A stretch of 63,501 nucleotides of DNA, filler included, from Trichosphaerium sp. ATCC 40318 (Eukaryota > Protista > Tubulinea), in the NCBI GenBank assembly GCA_038496445.1. It is 2 parts of 2 records of this genome, joined end to end, with 100 filler letters (N's around TTAATTAATTAA, not from the genome) between each part and the next. Parts side by side here need not be neighbours in the genome. Positions count along the whole stretch, not along the records: positions 32,096 to 63,501 come from JALMLS010000592.1; 1 more part is not named here. One strand, given 5' to 3'. The translations under genes were made by a program, and so were the position numbers. The notes under the pieces are model-generated. The model saw nothing but the letters and a program-made list of their open reading frames with translations. It was not told the origin of the DNA and searched no databases. Shown piece after piece: positions 37,708 to 49,477 of this stretch; positions within the stretch are counted from its first letter, which is position 1, and the number at the start of each line of letters is the position of its first letter.

Positions 37708-39732
37708 TTATTGTACTTCAACAGTGGAATAGTTTTCGACACATTGAAGAGAGTGTACTGTGATATGTGCTGATTCTGTAACGTTCTTACATTCACCGTA
37801 CAACGATATAACATCACTACCATGGCTAACTATACATTCACTTATCAATCCCTGTTTAACACCACTCAAAAAGAACCCATCTAAAGATGAAAAAGTGAGA
37901 ATAAAAGTTTGAAGCATAGCTGTCGCAAGACGAACCAATAAGTGCTTTTACGATGCTTGGATCACTCTTTGGTCTCCAATCATGTACTGGGTGTGATATA
38001 TTACTAAATCGAGAAATATTCACATGCACGTGATCAAAAATCAAATTATCTATTAGAGTAGCATTCCCACTAACAACAATTCCATTTTCACTTTTTGCTG
38101 TAATGTTTTCGAACCGAATATCATTTATGGTTCCAGTATACTTTGTATCACTATCTGCATTGTATGATGTAACGTATATAGGCTCCGCTGCACCCCACCA
38201 AGCCTCTATGATTATTTTTAGTAACAAGAAAAAGACCAAAAGCCTTAAAGTCAAAAGAGAACAGAATGATACCTGAAAAATATCTTGTTTCAATACTTAT
38301 GTTAGCATACCGTACGTTCCTTATATGTCCACTGCCCCTCCTTCATTAAGTTAATTTTAGAAATAGTAAAGTATATAGTACCTAGGCATTATTGCTAGAG
38401 CCCTATTAGTATCAACTATGTTTATATTGTAGAATGAAATATCTTTAAAATCTGAATGAGCGTATCCACCTTTTTGGGTTTTTTAGTTAAGGATCGTTGA
38501 GGTATCAAATATTGCACCTATTTTCAAAGCTGCTGAAGTTGAAGATAAAGTACAGTTTTGTACTGTTATATTTCTGGATTTTTTACTGCTATGGGCACTT
38601 AGACAAATAGCGTCATCTCCAGTGGATACTTTTGTGTTTTTAATGAGAATATTTTCGGAACATATTGGATCTATTCCATCGTTGTTTGGCCATTGTCTAC
38701 ATCAGTAATTAGACTTATAATGTACATTTATTATTAAATTACCTATCACCCACTACGGTTAAGCCATCAATAACAACATCACGTGAAGAATCAATTGTAA
38801 CTGTCCAAAAAGGGCTTAAAAAAGAATCAAATCTTCAACTGCACTAATTTAGCCTTTAAAGACTCCTTGTACCTGTTTTCTAATGTTACACCTTTTAGAC
38901 TTACCCCAGAACTCTCTTTGATAACAAGCAACTTGGGACGACAAAAGTAAGCTCCAGGCTTGCCTTAAAAAAACGCATTTAGAAACTTGCAAAATTATAA
39001 GTTGTATTCATCACAACAATGAGAAAAACGAACATCCTGTGATATTCCAAAGTATGGGACGTAGCATATTGTTAACTGGATCATAGTGATCAACAAGATG
39101 ACCTAGTTCTTGTCAAACAATAAGTGAGAACTTTACTTGCCTGGTGGATCATTTGCACCACCATTTATACGTCCACTACCGACAATACTGACGTTTTGTG
39201 CGTACGGAATGCCTACCAAAGGGTAGTCACATACCCCACTGTCAACAGGTGTAAGGCTACAGCTGAAGTCAACCAAGGGTAACAACATTAGCTTTGTCTT
39301 TTGGCGATTTTATGCCTTTTGTTACCTGGGTAAGCATACATAGTCTGCTGGGTTATCAGAAGCTCTAATCTGTGCACCGTCATCCAAATATAATGATACA
39401 TTTGAGGTAATATTGAAACCACCTACAGAGCGCTAAGAGTAGCAAAAAAAAAAAAAAAGAACACGTGACAATAATGCGTTTAGTGCCTCACCTGTCACAA
39501 ATACACCTTTTGGTACTAGAACAGTTCCACCACCGCGCTTGTATGCTGTGTTTATGGCTGCAGCGATAGCCTTTGTGTTTAAAGTGCGACCATCACCTTG
39601 ACAACGTTATTAAAACTGAAGCGAACACGCGAACTTATTACCAACCGCTCCATAGTCCTTTATATTAAAGATAGCGCTTTGTACTTCCAGAAAGAAAAAG
39701 CAGCTGATTAAACCCAGACAATACAGCATCAT
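37708..39732 (-). CDS. Secreted glycoside hydrolase family 28 (polygalacturonase-like beta-helix)
   Basis: Signal peptide; FNIKDYGAVGDGRTLNTKAIAAAI; GGGTVLVPKG; PFWT; PNNDGIDP; GDDAIC; multi-exon. Confidence 0.9.
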
Positions 39733-40049
39733 ATCAAAGCGCTGTTTACACAACATGTGATGTAATATTCGATGCTATCACAACAGAAAAAAACAGATTG
39801 GGAACCTCTTTGACTTTTTTCTTACCAGTTTCTCTGTTCTGAATATTTTGGCATACAAAAGACATTCGTGATCATGAAAATCTCCACTTTTTTTTTTCAA
39901 AATCTCCGCTTTTTTATTTTGTCCCAATAGTTGTTTTACACCTTAATATACTCCCCAAAGCCACTACAGCATTGTTTCAAAGTGTAACACAATACTACTA
40001 ATGTCATAGACCTTCAGACAACTTAATAAATAAGAAAAAAATGGTATAT

Positions 40050-42235
40050 TTATTGAGTTGCTCCAAAGCGTTGTACAGGCACTGAAACACGCTTTGTATG
40101 CTGTGTTTGTAAGCGCTGTTTTAATACAACCTCTCCATCAGGTAGCACTTGTTTAACTTCATGGCTTAAACCAGCTGTAAGTCCAAGAGCTTTTTTTTGT
40201 TTTTTGATGATAATTCTTTTCTTTTTAGTACCAGAAAGAAGGGATTTTTTGTGTCGTACAATGATCACAGTCTTTTTCTTTTTTTTAGGTGGTACCATTG
40301 AAGGTTTTAGGCTTTTGCGCTTGCTATTTGCTTTCTTCTTTTTTTCTTCCTTTCTTTCTTTTTCTTCCCGTTTTTTTCTTTTTTTGTCAATTTTGTGTTG
40401 CATACTCAAGACCAGAGGAGTATTGTTTACTTCTACAAATAAAACATTAACATTATTTAAAGAACGTTGTAAGGGTTGGTAGTACTTTTTTGTTCATCTT
40501 TTTTTAAAGCAGCTTGTTTCCTTTTTTCTGTAGTAGAATGAGGGGTACCACTGCCTTTAACACCTTCTATAACACGGAGTGCTTCGTTACAACTGGCTAC
40601 AGTGTATTTGACAAGAGTGTCAACTACGTGATCAGTGATACTTCCTTTGGCACCATATAATTTAAGCACCTGTTGAACATCGCTGTTGTTGCCTTCACTA
40701 ATATTATTGGTTCAATTATTGAGATGTTCTGGGTTGTTACAACAAAACTGAGCCCATGTCTTAGGAGGAAACCTATAAGAATGTAAGCAACATATATAGA
40801 ACCAATAAAACGTGTACTTGCTGACATCATTGCTTGGTGCTACATAATTGTCTTCTAAATATTGCATATATTTTTTGATATTACCACCTGCTATTATAGC
40901 ATCCTGTAAATAACAACCATTAGTACTACAACCACTCAAAATACAACGTATCTCTTTGAATTTATTCCAAAGCTTCCAAAACTGCTTTTCCTCCAGACAA
41001 GTTGTTAAATCCTTACTAAACTGGGTACACCAAGCATATTCGGCCTTGTTCTTTTCTCCACCCAACCCACATTTCATACGGTTCCTTCTATGAGCTTCTG
41101 CCACATGAAATAAACAGTGGTAGACAGGCATATCATCTCCCCAAACTTTGAAAGCAGCTAAGCGTTAAATTAACATTTTTTCAGTCAGTTTTTTTACCTT
41201 TTTTCAAATTCACCTCACAGTTGGCCATCATCCGTAAAAAGACAGGACCAAAAACTTCATTTAGATGCTCAAAGGCATACACATATTCTGGTAATGTTTT
41301 ACCTTCTGTTAAAGCCCATCTGATATTAGTTCCCTTAGATGCAACAGGGCCAACAGCTTTCAACCAATACATCAATGTCTATAAAAAAAATAAGTATTTG
41401 CTGCAATTATAAATTGTGTCTTTTTCTTTACGTGAGATCCAGCATCCGTTGAGTTGTGAACAGCATCCACAAACAATGTTTGTTTATTCAACTGTTCTAT
41501 TAAAGGTACAGCTAAAGGCTCAATGTATGATATGACAGTGTGTTTGGCCATATTTATATACACTGCTTCTCGGTACTTTAGTTTGATGTTTGCGAACACC
41601 TGTTGGTGTAAAGTAAGCCTTAAATAGCATATAAAAAAGATTATGATGCAAAAGGTACCTCAGGGTTTTTCCTTCCTTCTGTGCGTTGCAGACGCACTCT
41701 ATATGTTAGTGCATTGTTTGTTGGTACTATGGAAGCATTTAAAGGGTTTTTCGCAGCAGATAAAGTATTAATAGCCTAAACAGCAATTAAATACTTTAAA
41801 AACACCTTGCTACGCACAATCACCCTTTTAGACACTCCTTTTTTATAATCTGTTTGAATTTCGTGTCCAATGGAATATTTCAACTTAAAGTTCTTTACTG
41901 GATCTGGAGTGCACCCGGGAACATGTTCTACACTTTTTAAACAACATTTTCTACAAAGAAACTCACGTTTTGTTAACTTCACCATGCCTATTTTGCCAAC
42001 TTTTGTTTTGTGAGAGTGTATGTTTAAGCGTGCTGAACATTCCGAGTGATTGCATTCAAAATAGTATGAAATCTTCTCAGGGTTTTTTTTATGAGGCTTG
42101 CTGCCCTTTCGAGTAAATTGGTACCCATGTGAGCGTGCAGAGCTTGTGTAAACAATTGCACGCTCATTTGGCACCCAATCTATTAAATTAAGGTCTCCCA
42201 CGCCTGGGTCTATTACAACAGCTGCCATGCCATGA
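40050..42235 (-). pseudogene. MULE transposase, intron-containing and inactivated
   Basis: N-terminal YFECNHSECSARL; LFVDAVH (D1); MMANCE (expected D2 is N); HCLFHVAEA (CxxH); *TNNISEGNN (E motif preceded by TGA at 40712-40714); Lys-rich tail. Confidence 0.75.
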
Positions 42236-42294
42236 TTGCACTTGTTTTTACTGGTTACTTTTTTTGGCGCTAAGTTTGCCTTCCCTTATCTAAT

Positions 42295-42765
42295 ACCATG
42301 TCACCTTTAGTTATTTTGTGTTACTCTTAGTAAGGTACACTGTGTTACTCTTAGTTTATTCCGTGTTACCCTTAGTTTATTCCGTGTTACTTAGTAAGGT
42401 ACACCATGTCACCCTTAGTTTATCCCGTGTTACTCTCAGGTCATACCTTTATGTTACTCTTAGTTTATTCCGTGTTACCCTTAGTTTATTCCGTGTTACT
42501 TAGTAAGGTACACTGTGTTACTCTTAGTTTATTCCGTGTTACCCTTAGTTTATTCCGTGTTACTCTCAATTTATTCCGTGTTACTCTTAGGTCATACCAT
42601 GTCACCTTTAGTTATTCCGTGTTACTCTTAGTAAGTACACTGTGTTACTCTTAGTTTATTCCGTGTTATTTAGTAAGGTACACCATGTCACCCTTAATTT
42701 ATTCCGTGTTACTCTTAGATCATACCATGTCACCCTTAGGTCATTCTGTGTCAGTTACATCATAC
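42295..42765. repeat. Tandem minisatellite (~20-21-bp units TTATTCCGTGTTACYCTTAGT interleaved with AAGGTACACYRTG variants) inside the MULE
   Basis: About 20 directly visible units upstream of the transposase start. Confidence 0.95.
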
Positions 42766-44886
42766 CATTTCTTGTAGAGCAGGTATTCTGTGACTTTTAG
42801 TAATGTCCATGTCCTTAAGGTATACCTTAGGTGTTATAAACTCGATTAGCATTTCTACACCAAAATGAGTGTTTTAATGCTAGAAGAGTAGTTGGAGCTC
42901 ACTAAGAACTTGAACTGAGTTTGAATGTGACAACTACTGGAGTTGCTACATATTCTTGACCCAGTCAATACCTCGATTAACTTTATTACACTCATTGTTG
43001 GTGTTGTAATGTTAAAAGAGCACATCAAGCATGATGCTATGTTATGAAGGTTGTAGACTATGTGATGAAAGCAACACACATCATTTCTACACTCCAAACG
43101 AGCGTTCTAATGCTAGAAAAGAACATGCGGTTTGGTACACATTTAGTTGTTGCCCACTCAGGGCTTCAACTCATGTTGTATTGAACTGTTTGCCACTCAG
43201 GGCTACAAGCTCAATTTTCAACATGTTTAATGGACAATGACTCGATCGACATCTCTTTATCAATCTGTCATTTCATTTGACAGAGATAAGATGAAGGAGG
43301 AGTACAGGTGTCCATGTTGTACAATAAACATTGATCCATTCAGGACAATATTGTATTGTGACAATGTCTGTGTTCTAATGATACAAAGCACTTGAGAGTA
43401 TTTTGTGTCACTAACATCACACACTATTGAAGTGGTTGTGTTGCTGTATCTTTGAGAGTACAGTCTCATAGCCCAAGAACTCGATTAACATTTCTACGCT
43501 CTGTACAAAAACGTGCGGTATAATGATAGAAGAGAACTCTTCATTCTGGGAGTGAACACAATATTAAAGCTGCAATTACCACACAACAACCAACTAGCAT
43601 TGTCATCAGTGGATATACTAAGAGATGAGTTTAACTCGTCCTTTTCTATCACATAAGAAAGCTAGAGTAGCCATACTCGTGGTTTTTGTGTGTGTAAGCG
43701 CAACTAATGCTCATGTCTACTTTCCAGTTGGAAGTAAGAGGCTGGCATAGCAAAGAGGAATTACAGCCATGTGCTCAAAACGCTCAAAAACTCAATAGAA
43801 CCACATGTTTGGGCCAAAAGTGTCTTTTCTTGCGATAGAAGAATACATGCTACCCCTTTTCGTTATGCCTTGATAAACAGTGTTCTGTAGTTACAAAACA
43901 TTATCATCACCTCAGACGAAAGGTTGTGTTGGAGCCAGAAGTTGATTACCACTGCCTATGTTGCTATGTTTATTACACATGTTTCATAGGGGCTTACGTG
44001 GTAGAAGACGACAGCATCCTAGGTCCTCGTGCTTACCGTCACACTTGAGCGCACTCCAGTATTTTGGGAGTGTTGCTTGGGCGTGATAGTCAGTCACCAT
44101 AAATGTGCTACACGATGGGCGGAACCCATGGTCACCGTGCACTCCCTGTGGGCTTGTTCATCGGGTACAACAAAAGGGCTTTCAGACGTCACGCTTAGCT
44201 GCATTTTCTTCAAATGCATTTGCATTCGACTGATTCTTTTTTGTTTTCTCGATTGTGCCAAGGGAAAGAGATGCGATTTCTGCAGGCGCATTTCACTCAA
44301 ATTTTTTCCTTGTCCTTCCGCGCAGGTAAATCGCCTAGCGTTTATGGGGGAATCTGATTTGGTTTATGCCTCATAGTCTCTTCTCCATTTACGCCTCCAT
44401 TAGGCTACACGGTTGTAAGACTGCGAATTTATTGAGTTTTCACGCAACACACTACACTCAACACATTCTTATAACTCTGAATAGGCAGGTATTGTACGTT
44501 ACAATAATTTTTTATTTTTATTTTTTTTTCTACAGTACAGCCGGCGACAAAAATCACGTGAAGGTACAACAAGACTGTTTTTTTTTTTGTAATATTGGGC
44601 TTTATTAATAAATTACAGGTTAAAAAACCAGTTGAGAGTATTTAAACCATATATAAAGGGAAGACAGCCCGTTCCTCACCACAATGACCCAAACTGACTA
44701 TGCGAAAGGAAATCTCCACCTTTTTTGCCTAGCCGTTCATGGTACTGTACCTTCCGCTGTTTGAATCAACAACCAACGCCTACACATAACACGTTAACTA
44801 CAAACAAAAAAAAAAAACACCAAAAAAAGTTGCAACAAAAAGTGGCGATTTTGCATGTCACCAAGACATTTATTGTCTTGAATAAA

Positions 44887-46968
44887 CTACCAACTACTCC
44901 CACCACCACCGCCTCCTGACAAACTACCTCCACCAAATACACGGCCATTAGATCCACCAGTACCTGAATAGCTTTTGCTATTTGTTGGCTTTGGTTTTGG
45001 CTTGCTGTCTTGTACAATTTGGTGCTCTGCAAAAGAGAACTTTTTCTTCTTTTGGAACCATTGCTTTTTCCGACTTCTATGGTCGAGGTACTCATTAAAC
45101 AATGATGCAGTTGCAGAAGTCTTAAGAAGTCTAAAAACAAGTGAGTTATTGTAGAAGACTGCATACAACTTTACCCGCTATTCCTTGCTACTCTGTCTAA
45201 AACGTATTGTATTTCTTCATCAGATACATGACGTTTGTGTTTATTTTCCACTATTAACACAGCGTCTGATGTTAGATATTTACAAACAGGACAGAGTTTA
45301 GGCATCTACAACAGCACAAATTAATTCAAATCTGAGCAACTAAAACGTTTTAAAAGTCATACTTCAGGCTCCTTTTTCTGGAAAAAGAAAATCAATCGCT
45401 CTGCATTAGTATACTCCTAATTTAAATAAAACGTGAATAAAACATCAAAGTAACAGAAAGTAGAAAAAAATAAGAAAAGTTCAAGTTGTTTTTTTTGAGT
45501 GAATGCAATGTTGATTGTACTCTATAGCATAATGGGTGAAATCTATGACCACAAGGTAAAACAGTTCCTGGATTTTTTTCCGTTGTTGGAACAAAGCAAC
45601 CCATGCACATATTAGGATCTATTGAATTGTTTTCAACCATCATGTCCAGTACACCCAGGTCTTTCATCATTTCTTCTACTCGTTGCTTTTGACCTTTTAT
45701 TGGAGTGTTCAATAACACAAACCTATTGATAGTATTATAAGGCAGTAAAACATGAAGAAAATGTAACGTACAACAGGAAAAGAAACAGATAAAAATATTT
45801 GGACCACAAACAGCTCCATATGAAAGCTAACAACGTTGCTATCAAACTCTTTGGTTTTCTCTTTCCACGCAAAGTGTCATCTACAAGTTGGGTGATCCCT
45901 ACAAGAGCTTGATCATAATCTCCTAAATGTACCAATAAGATGAAGGTATACAAGATAACATTGGTTTTGGATTCCAAGATAAAGTGTCTTACCATCTCTC
46001 AAGTAAGGTTTTATTTCATTAATAATATTCACACATTCTTTATCCGTTAGAATATGTTTAATATCTCTACCAGTTGAGATGAACGCTGTCCTATCATTTT
46101 TGGACAAGAAAACCATAACACCAGAGTTGCAATCTTTGAACCCTAAGCCCCATAGATCATGTAGTTCAGTAAGATATCATTCGGATTAGAAACCCACGAT
46201 TGCATATTACGACATCCATTCCTGTAAGGGTCCTAACGCCAGAACAAACTGGTTTAGTACGTCCATAGTAATAGTCATACGTACTGATATTGGATTAGGA
46301 ACATCTTGAGGCTCCCAGTATTCTTGAGGTGGCTCTCTTTTGTTGTTTGTACTGTGATCACTATTATCAGTCTTTGAATCTTCAACATCTGCTTCTGTCT
46401 TATCATCGTTTTCTAGTTTGCCACGTGATTCATCACGTGATACGTTATCATGTTTTGGGTGAACGTGTTCTCGTTTCTCCATGAGGTGGATGACATCCTG
46501 TCCTATATTTACAGCACCACCATCAGGAACTAACCTCTTTACATAACCAACGCCGTCAGACAAGATATAAAATTCTCTTCCATCTTTGTTTTTTACAGTT
46601 GCCAGTATGATACCGCTTTGAAAGCAGTGTTCACCATCCTCAAGGCACTCCTCATCATAATGAATAGTACCCTCTTGTTCGTCCCATCCCAGTCGAGGCA
46701 CTTGGAGTTTTTTAACAGGTTCAGGAGTCGAACTGTCGTTATTCTCATCATTTGACGTGTTGTACGCGTTTGTACTGTAATTTCGTACATTTAGAGGTAA
46801 TAAAAATAGCTTAGCTGGTATTTTAGTTGCTGTCTTATTTTTGGTTGTTTGACGCCAATTCACATATGATCGCACAGATTTGGTAGTGTTTTGGGTAAAA
46901 ACACTTGTTCTTGCTTGTCTTGTTCTAAAAGCTTGGGAAAGCAACCGCTTTGCGTTTATATTAAGCAT
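44887..46968 (-). CDS. TPM (TLP18.3/Psb32/MOLO-1)-like domain, TM, RING-like finger and Gly-rich tail, with a mitochondrial-presequence-like N-terminus; apparent internal deletion or frameshift at ~46168
   Basis: WEPQDVPNP.DPYRNGCR...SWVSNPNDIL; ELHDLWGLGFKDCNSGVMVFLSKNDRTAFISTG...IKPYLRDGDYDQAL; CMGC...LPCGHRFHPLC...CPVC; FGGGSLSGGGGGGSSW. Confidence 0.75.
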
Positions 46969-47436
46969 TTACTAGTGTATAAACAACGTTACGTACCGTT
47001 GCCATTTCCTAGAGTTTCATAGAACTTGACTTTGTTTAGTTTATTTGATTAAGTTACCCCTCACACACAGGCACAGAATTATTTCGTGAATGTGCACGCG
47101 ACAAATGCCTCAGCGTAATACTAGGAGCCTGCGAAATATTCGCAATGGATTGACCGAAATATACGAGTACACCAAGCACATTCAACCTCATTGCACTCCC
47201 AGTCGAAATTATAGTGTATTCGAAAACGCGGGACTTACACACTCCGTGCAGCCCAAACATGTCATTTCATGCGAGATGTTGTACATAATCACGTAGGATA
47301 TGGTTTAATCTGGGTTGTTACGATTCTATTCAAGTGTTGTGGGTAGTCCTTTACTACAGAATACGGCCATCAGTTTGAGTTGCCTTCACCTATTCTTTCT
47401 AACAGTCATGTTCGCTTTCTAAAATATTTCTTTAGG

Positions 47437-47668
47437 TCACTTACATGTGACAGATGAAGGTATTAAGGAATTGGCAGGAGTGTATACTATCAATTTGAGT
47501 AATTGCAAGTCAATAACAGATGAGGGTATAAAGGCTTTAGCAGGTGCTCATTCAGTTGATTTATCGTCTTGTAAGTCTGTTACAGACTTGGGTGTTTTGG
47601 CACTTATTGGAGTGCAGAAAGACAATATGTTAGAGGTGTCCAGAATTAACCAAGGAGGCCTGTTGTAG
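47437..47668 (+). pseudogene. Orphan LRR fragment of the same F-box/LRR family
   Basis: VTDEGIKELAGVYTINLSNCKSITDEGIKALAGAHSVDL; no N-terminal part found. Confidence 0.6.
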
Positions 47669-48128
47669 CGCTAATGTTCAGAAAGACACAAACCAAATAA
47701 AAATATCATGGAGAGCTTAAGAGTGTCTGTTGTTGCGCTTATTCTGATGTAACTGAGTTTCATTCGACATTGAAAGAACATACACTACTTCGAGGTTTTT
47801 CATGTTTACTATCACAAGGTTGGCTCACTGACCATAACCGTCGCTAATCGTTGCTTACATGACCATATAACTGTTAATGAGTCCACAAACAATGTTCTAG
47901 TCTTGTAGGCGACACCTATGCACCAGGTACCAAGGCCGCTAGTAGTTAATAAACAGAATTTGAAGCAAAGTTCTAATTGCACCATGTGCTTGCCAGTAGG
48001 AAATAGCCTTTAAAATCTTCCTCAATGTTCATATTCTTCATTACTAGTTTTATAAATGTTATTAGTGAAGATATATTCTATGAATGTACAGTGTGAGCAA
48101 GTGTTATTAAAATAATACTGTTTTATTG

Positions 48129-49058
48129 CTATTCTTTATACATTGTAAGATCTACAACATTGCTTGTAACTTTCGAACAATGTCCATAAACAGAAGTACA
48201 ATATCCGTTGCCTGATTCCTTTTCAGTAGTGACTTGGGCGAATACTTGAAGAGGAAACACATTTGGTGTTTTATTACAGGCAACAAACAGTTCGTAGAAT
48301 CTAGTTTGAAGAGATAACGCACCAGGAGGTAGTACAGGTTGTGGAGTAATAAATTTGTGAATCGTATATCTCAGTCTTAAACCTGAGTCAAAAAGTAATG
48401 GTATCTTAAAAGTATACCTATCTTCCGGCCTCAGTCTGATAAGTTTATTCTCATGAAACAACGAATCAGTATTTCCCCTCCTGTAGTTGTTAAGAAACCC
48501 ATTAGGGTCAGTGATAAGAGGTTTCCAAACATGGATAATGTTACTGCGTTCAATGGCGTCCTGTCTTTTGTTTCCACAGCCAAGATGAACTTTCTCTGTT
48601 GTGGTACCAACATTCTCGAGTGTGATAGTGAGTGTTACTGTTTGTCCTTTCCGAACATATTTCTTGTCACAGCTCAGAACTGCGATGATATTTGGACGAA
48701 GCTTGTTTCGATAATTTTCTTTCCACGTGACTGCACTGAGGTTATACAAAGTCTTTACCTTTACAAGCCCAAACGACTTTTGTTTTTTTAAGAGACTTGT
48801 GAGTTGTTTGTGGACAGCAGACTCCACTTTTTCGCCATCACGGCCCCATTTCTGATGGTACAAATGTCGATAAATGTAATCTGAGTCATTTCGTATTATT
48901 TCGCATAGATAATGGTTTGATTGTTGTAATGAAGCCAAATCTTGCCATGTTAGGTTGTTACTTATCACAATAGATAATAGTATCTCGACTGGAAGCGAAA
49001 ACAAGTCAGTTACTTTTGTGCTTAACGTATCAGCACACGTGATCCGTTTCGATGTCAT
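48129..49058 (-). CDS. F-box protein, intronless, with a beta-rich C-terminal domain
   Basis: LFSLPVEILLSIV...LTWQDLASLQQSNHYL; YRHLYHQKWG; TWKENY; GQTVTLTITLENVG. Confidence 0.75.
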   Translation of the reverse strand: MTSKRITCADTLSTKVTDLFSLPVEILLSIVISNNLTWQDLASLQQSNHYLCEIIRNDSDYIYRHLYHQKWGRDGEKVESAVHKQLTSLLKKQKSFGLVKVKTLYNLSAVTWKENYRNKLRPNIIAVLSCDKKYVRKGQTVTLTITLENVGTTTEKVHLGCGNKRQDAIERSNIIHVWKPLITDPNGFLNNYRRGNTDSLFHENKLIRLRPEDRYTFKIPLLFDSGLRLRYTIHKFITPQPVLPPGALSLQTRFYELFVACNKTPNVFPLQVFAQVTTEKESGNGYCTSVYGHCSKVTSNVVDLTMYKE

Positions 49059-49477
49059 TGGACGTTGGGATACATTTTTTATTGGTCAATTTGTTTACAC
49101 TAACCCTTACTTATTTCTGCCTGTACTACCAATGCATTAAGGTTACAACAGAAGCGAATAATATATCATTACACTGTGCTCTATTAAGGTTGCATTAACT
49201 CCATACTTTTGGTGCTAGCACGTTTATGTCGGGATGTTGACTCACCCCGCTACCGAAACTGATAAGAACCTATTGAGTATCCATGCCTATCAGCCTACTA
49301 CGAACCAAAAAGGCGCTTGTGTCAAGCTACACTCTGTCCTAGTCTTCCTGTACCTAGATTGACGTTAAGTTTTTAAACTGTTGCTTTATGATGGTATGAT
49401 ATAAACGTTTATTAATTGGCTAAGGCACAAGATCTGAAGTAAGGTACAATGTAGCAATACCAAGTACTGCTTTACGT

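Larger units (their letters stand above)
39867..44862 (-). mobile_element. Mutator-like (MULE) DNA transposon, about 5.0 kb
   Basis: Direct repeat AAGACATT at 39859-39866 and 44863-44870; degenerate TIRs CGTGATCATGAAAATCTCCACTTTTT and GGTGACATGCAAAATCGCCACTTTTT (rc); internal MULE-type transposase. Confidence 0.75.

Noticed and set aside
40712-40714. In-frame TGA as evidence of a variant genetic code
   Set aside because: TGA, TAA and TAG all end host genes here and Trp is TGG in conserved motifs, so a nonsense mutation is the simpler reading.
42295-42765. CRISPR-like array, and ORFs 42318-42654
   Set aside because: The units are tandem with no unique spacers, the context is eukaryotic, and the ORFs are repeat translations.
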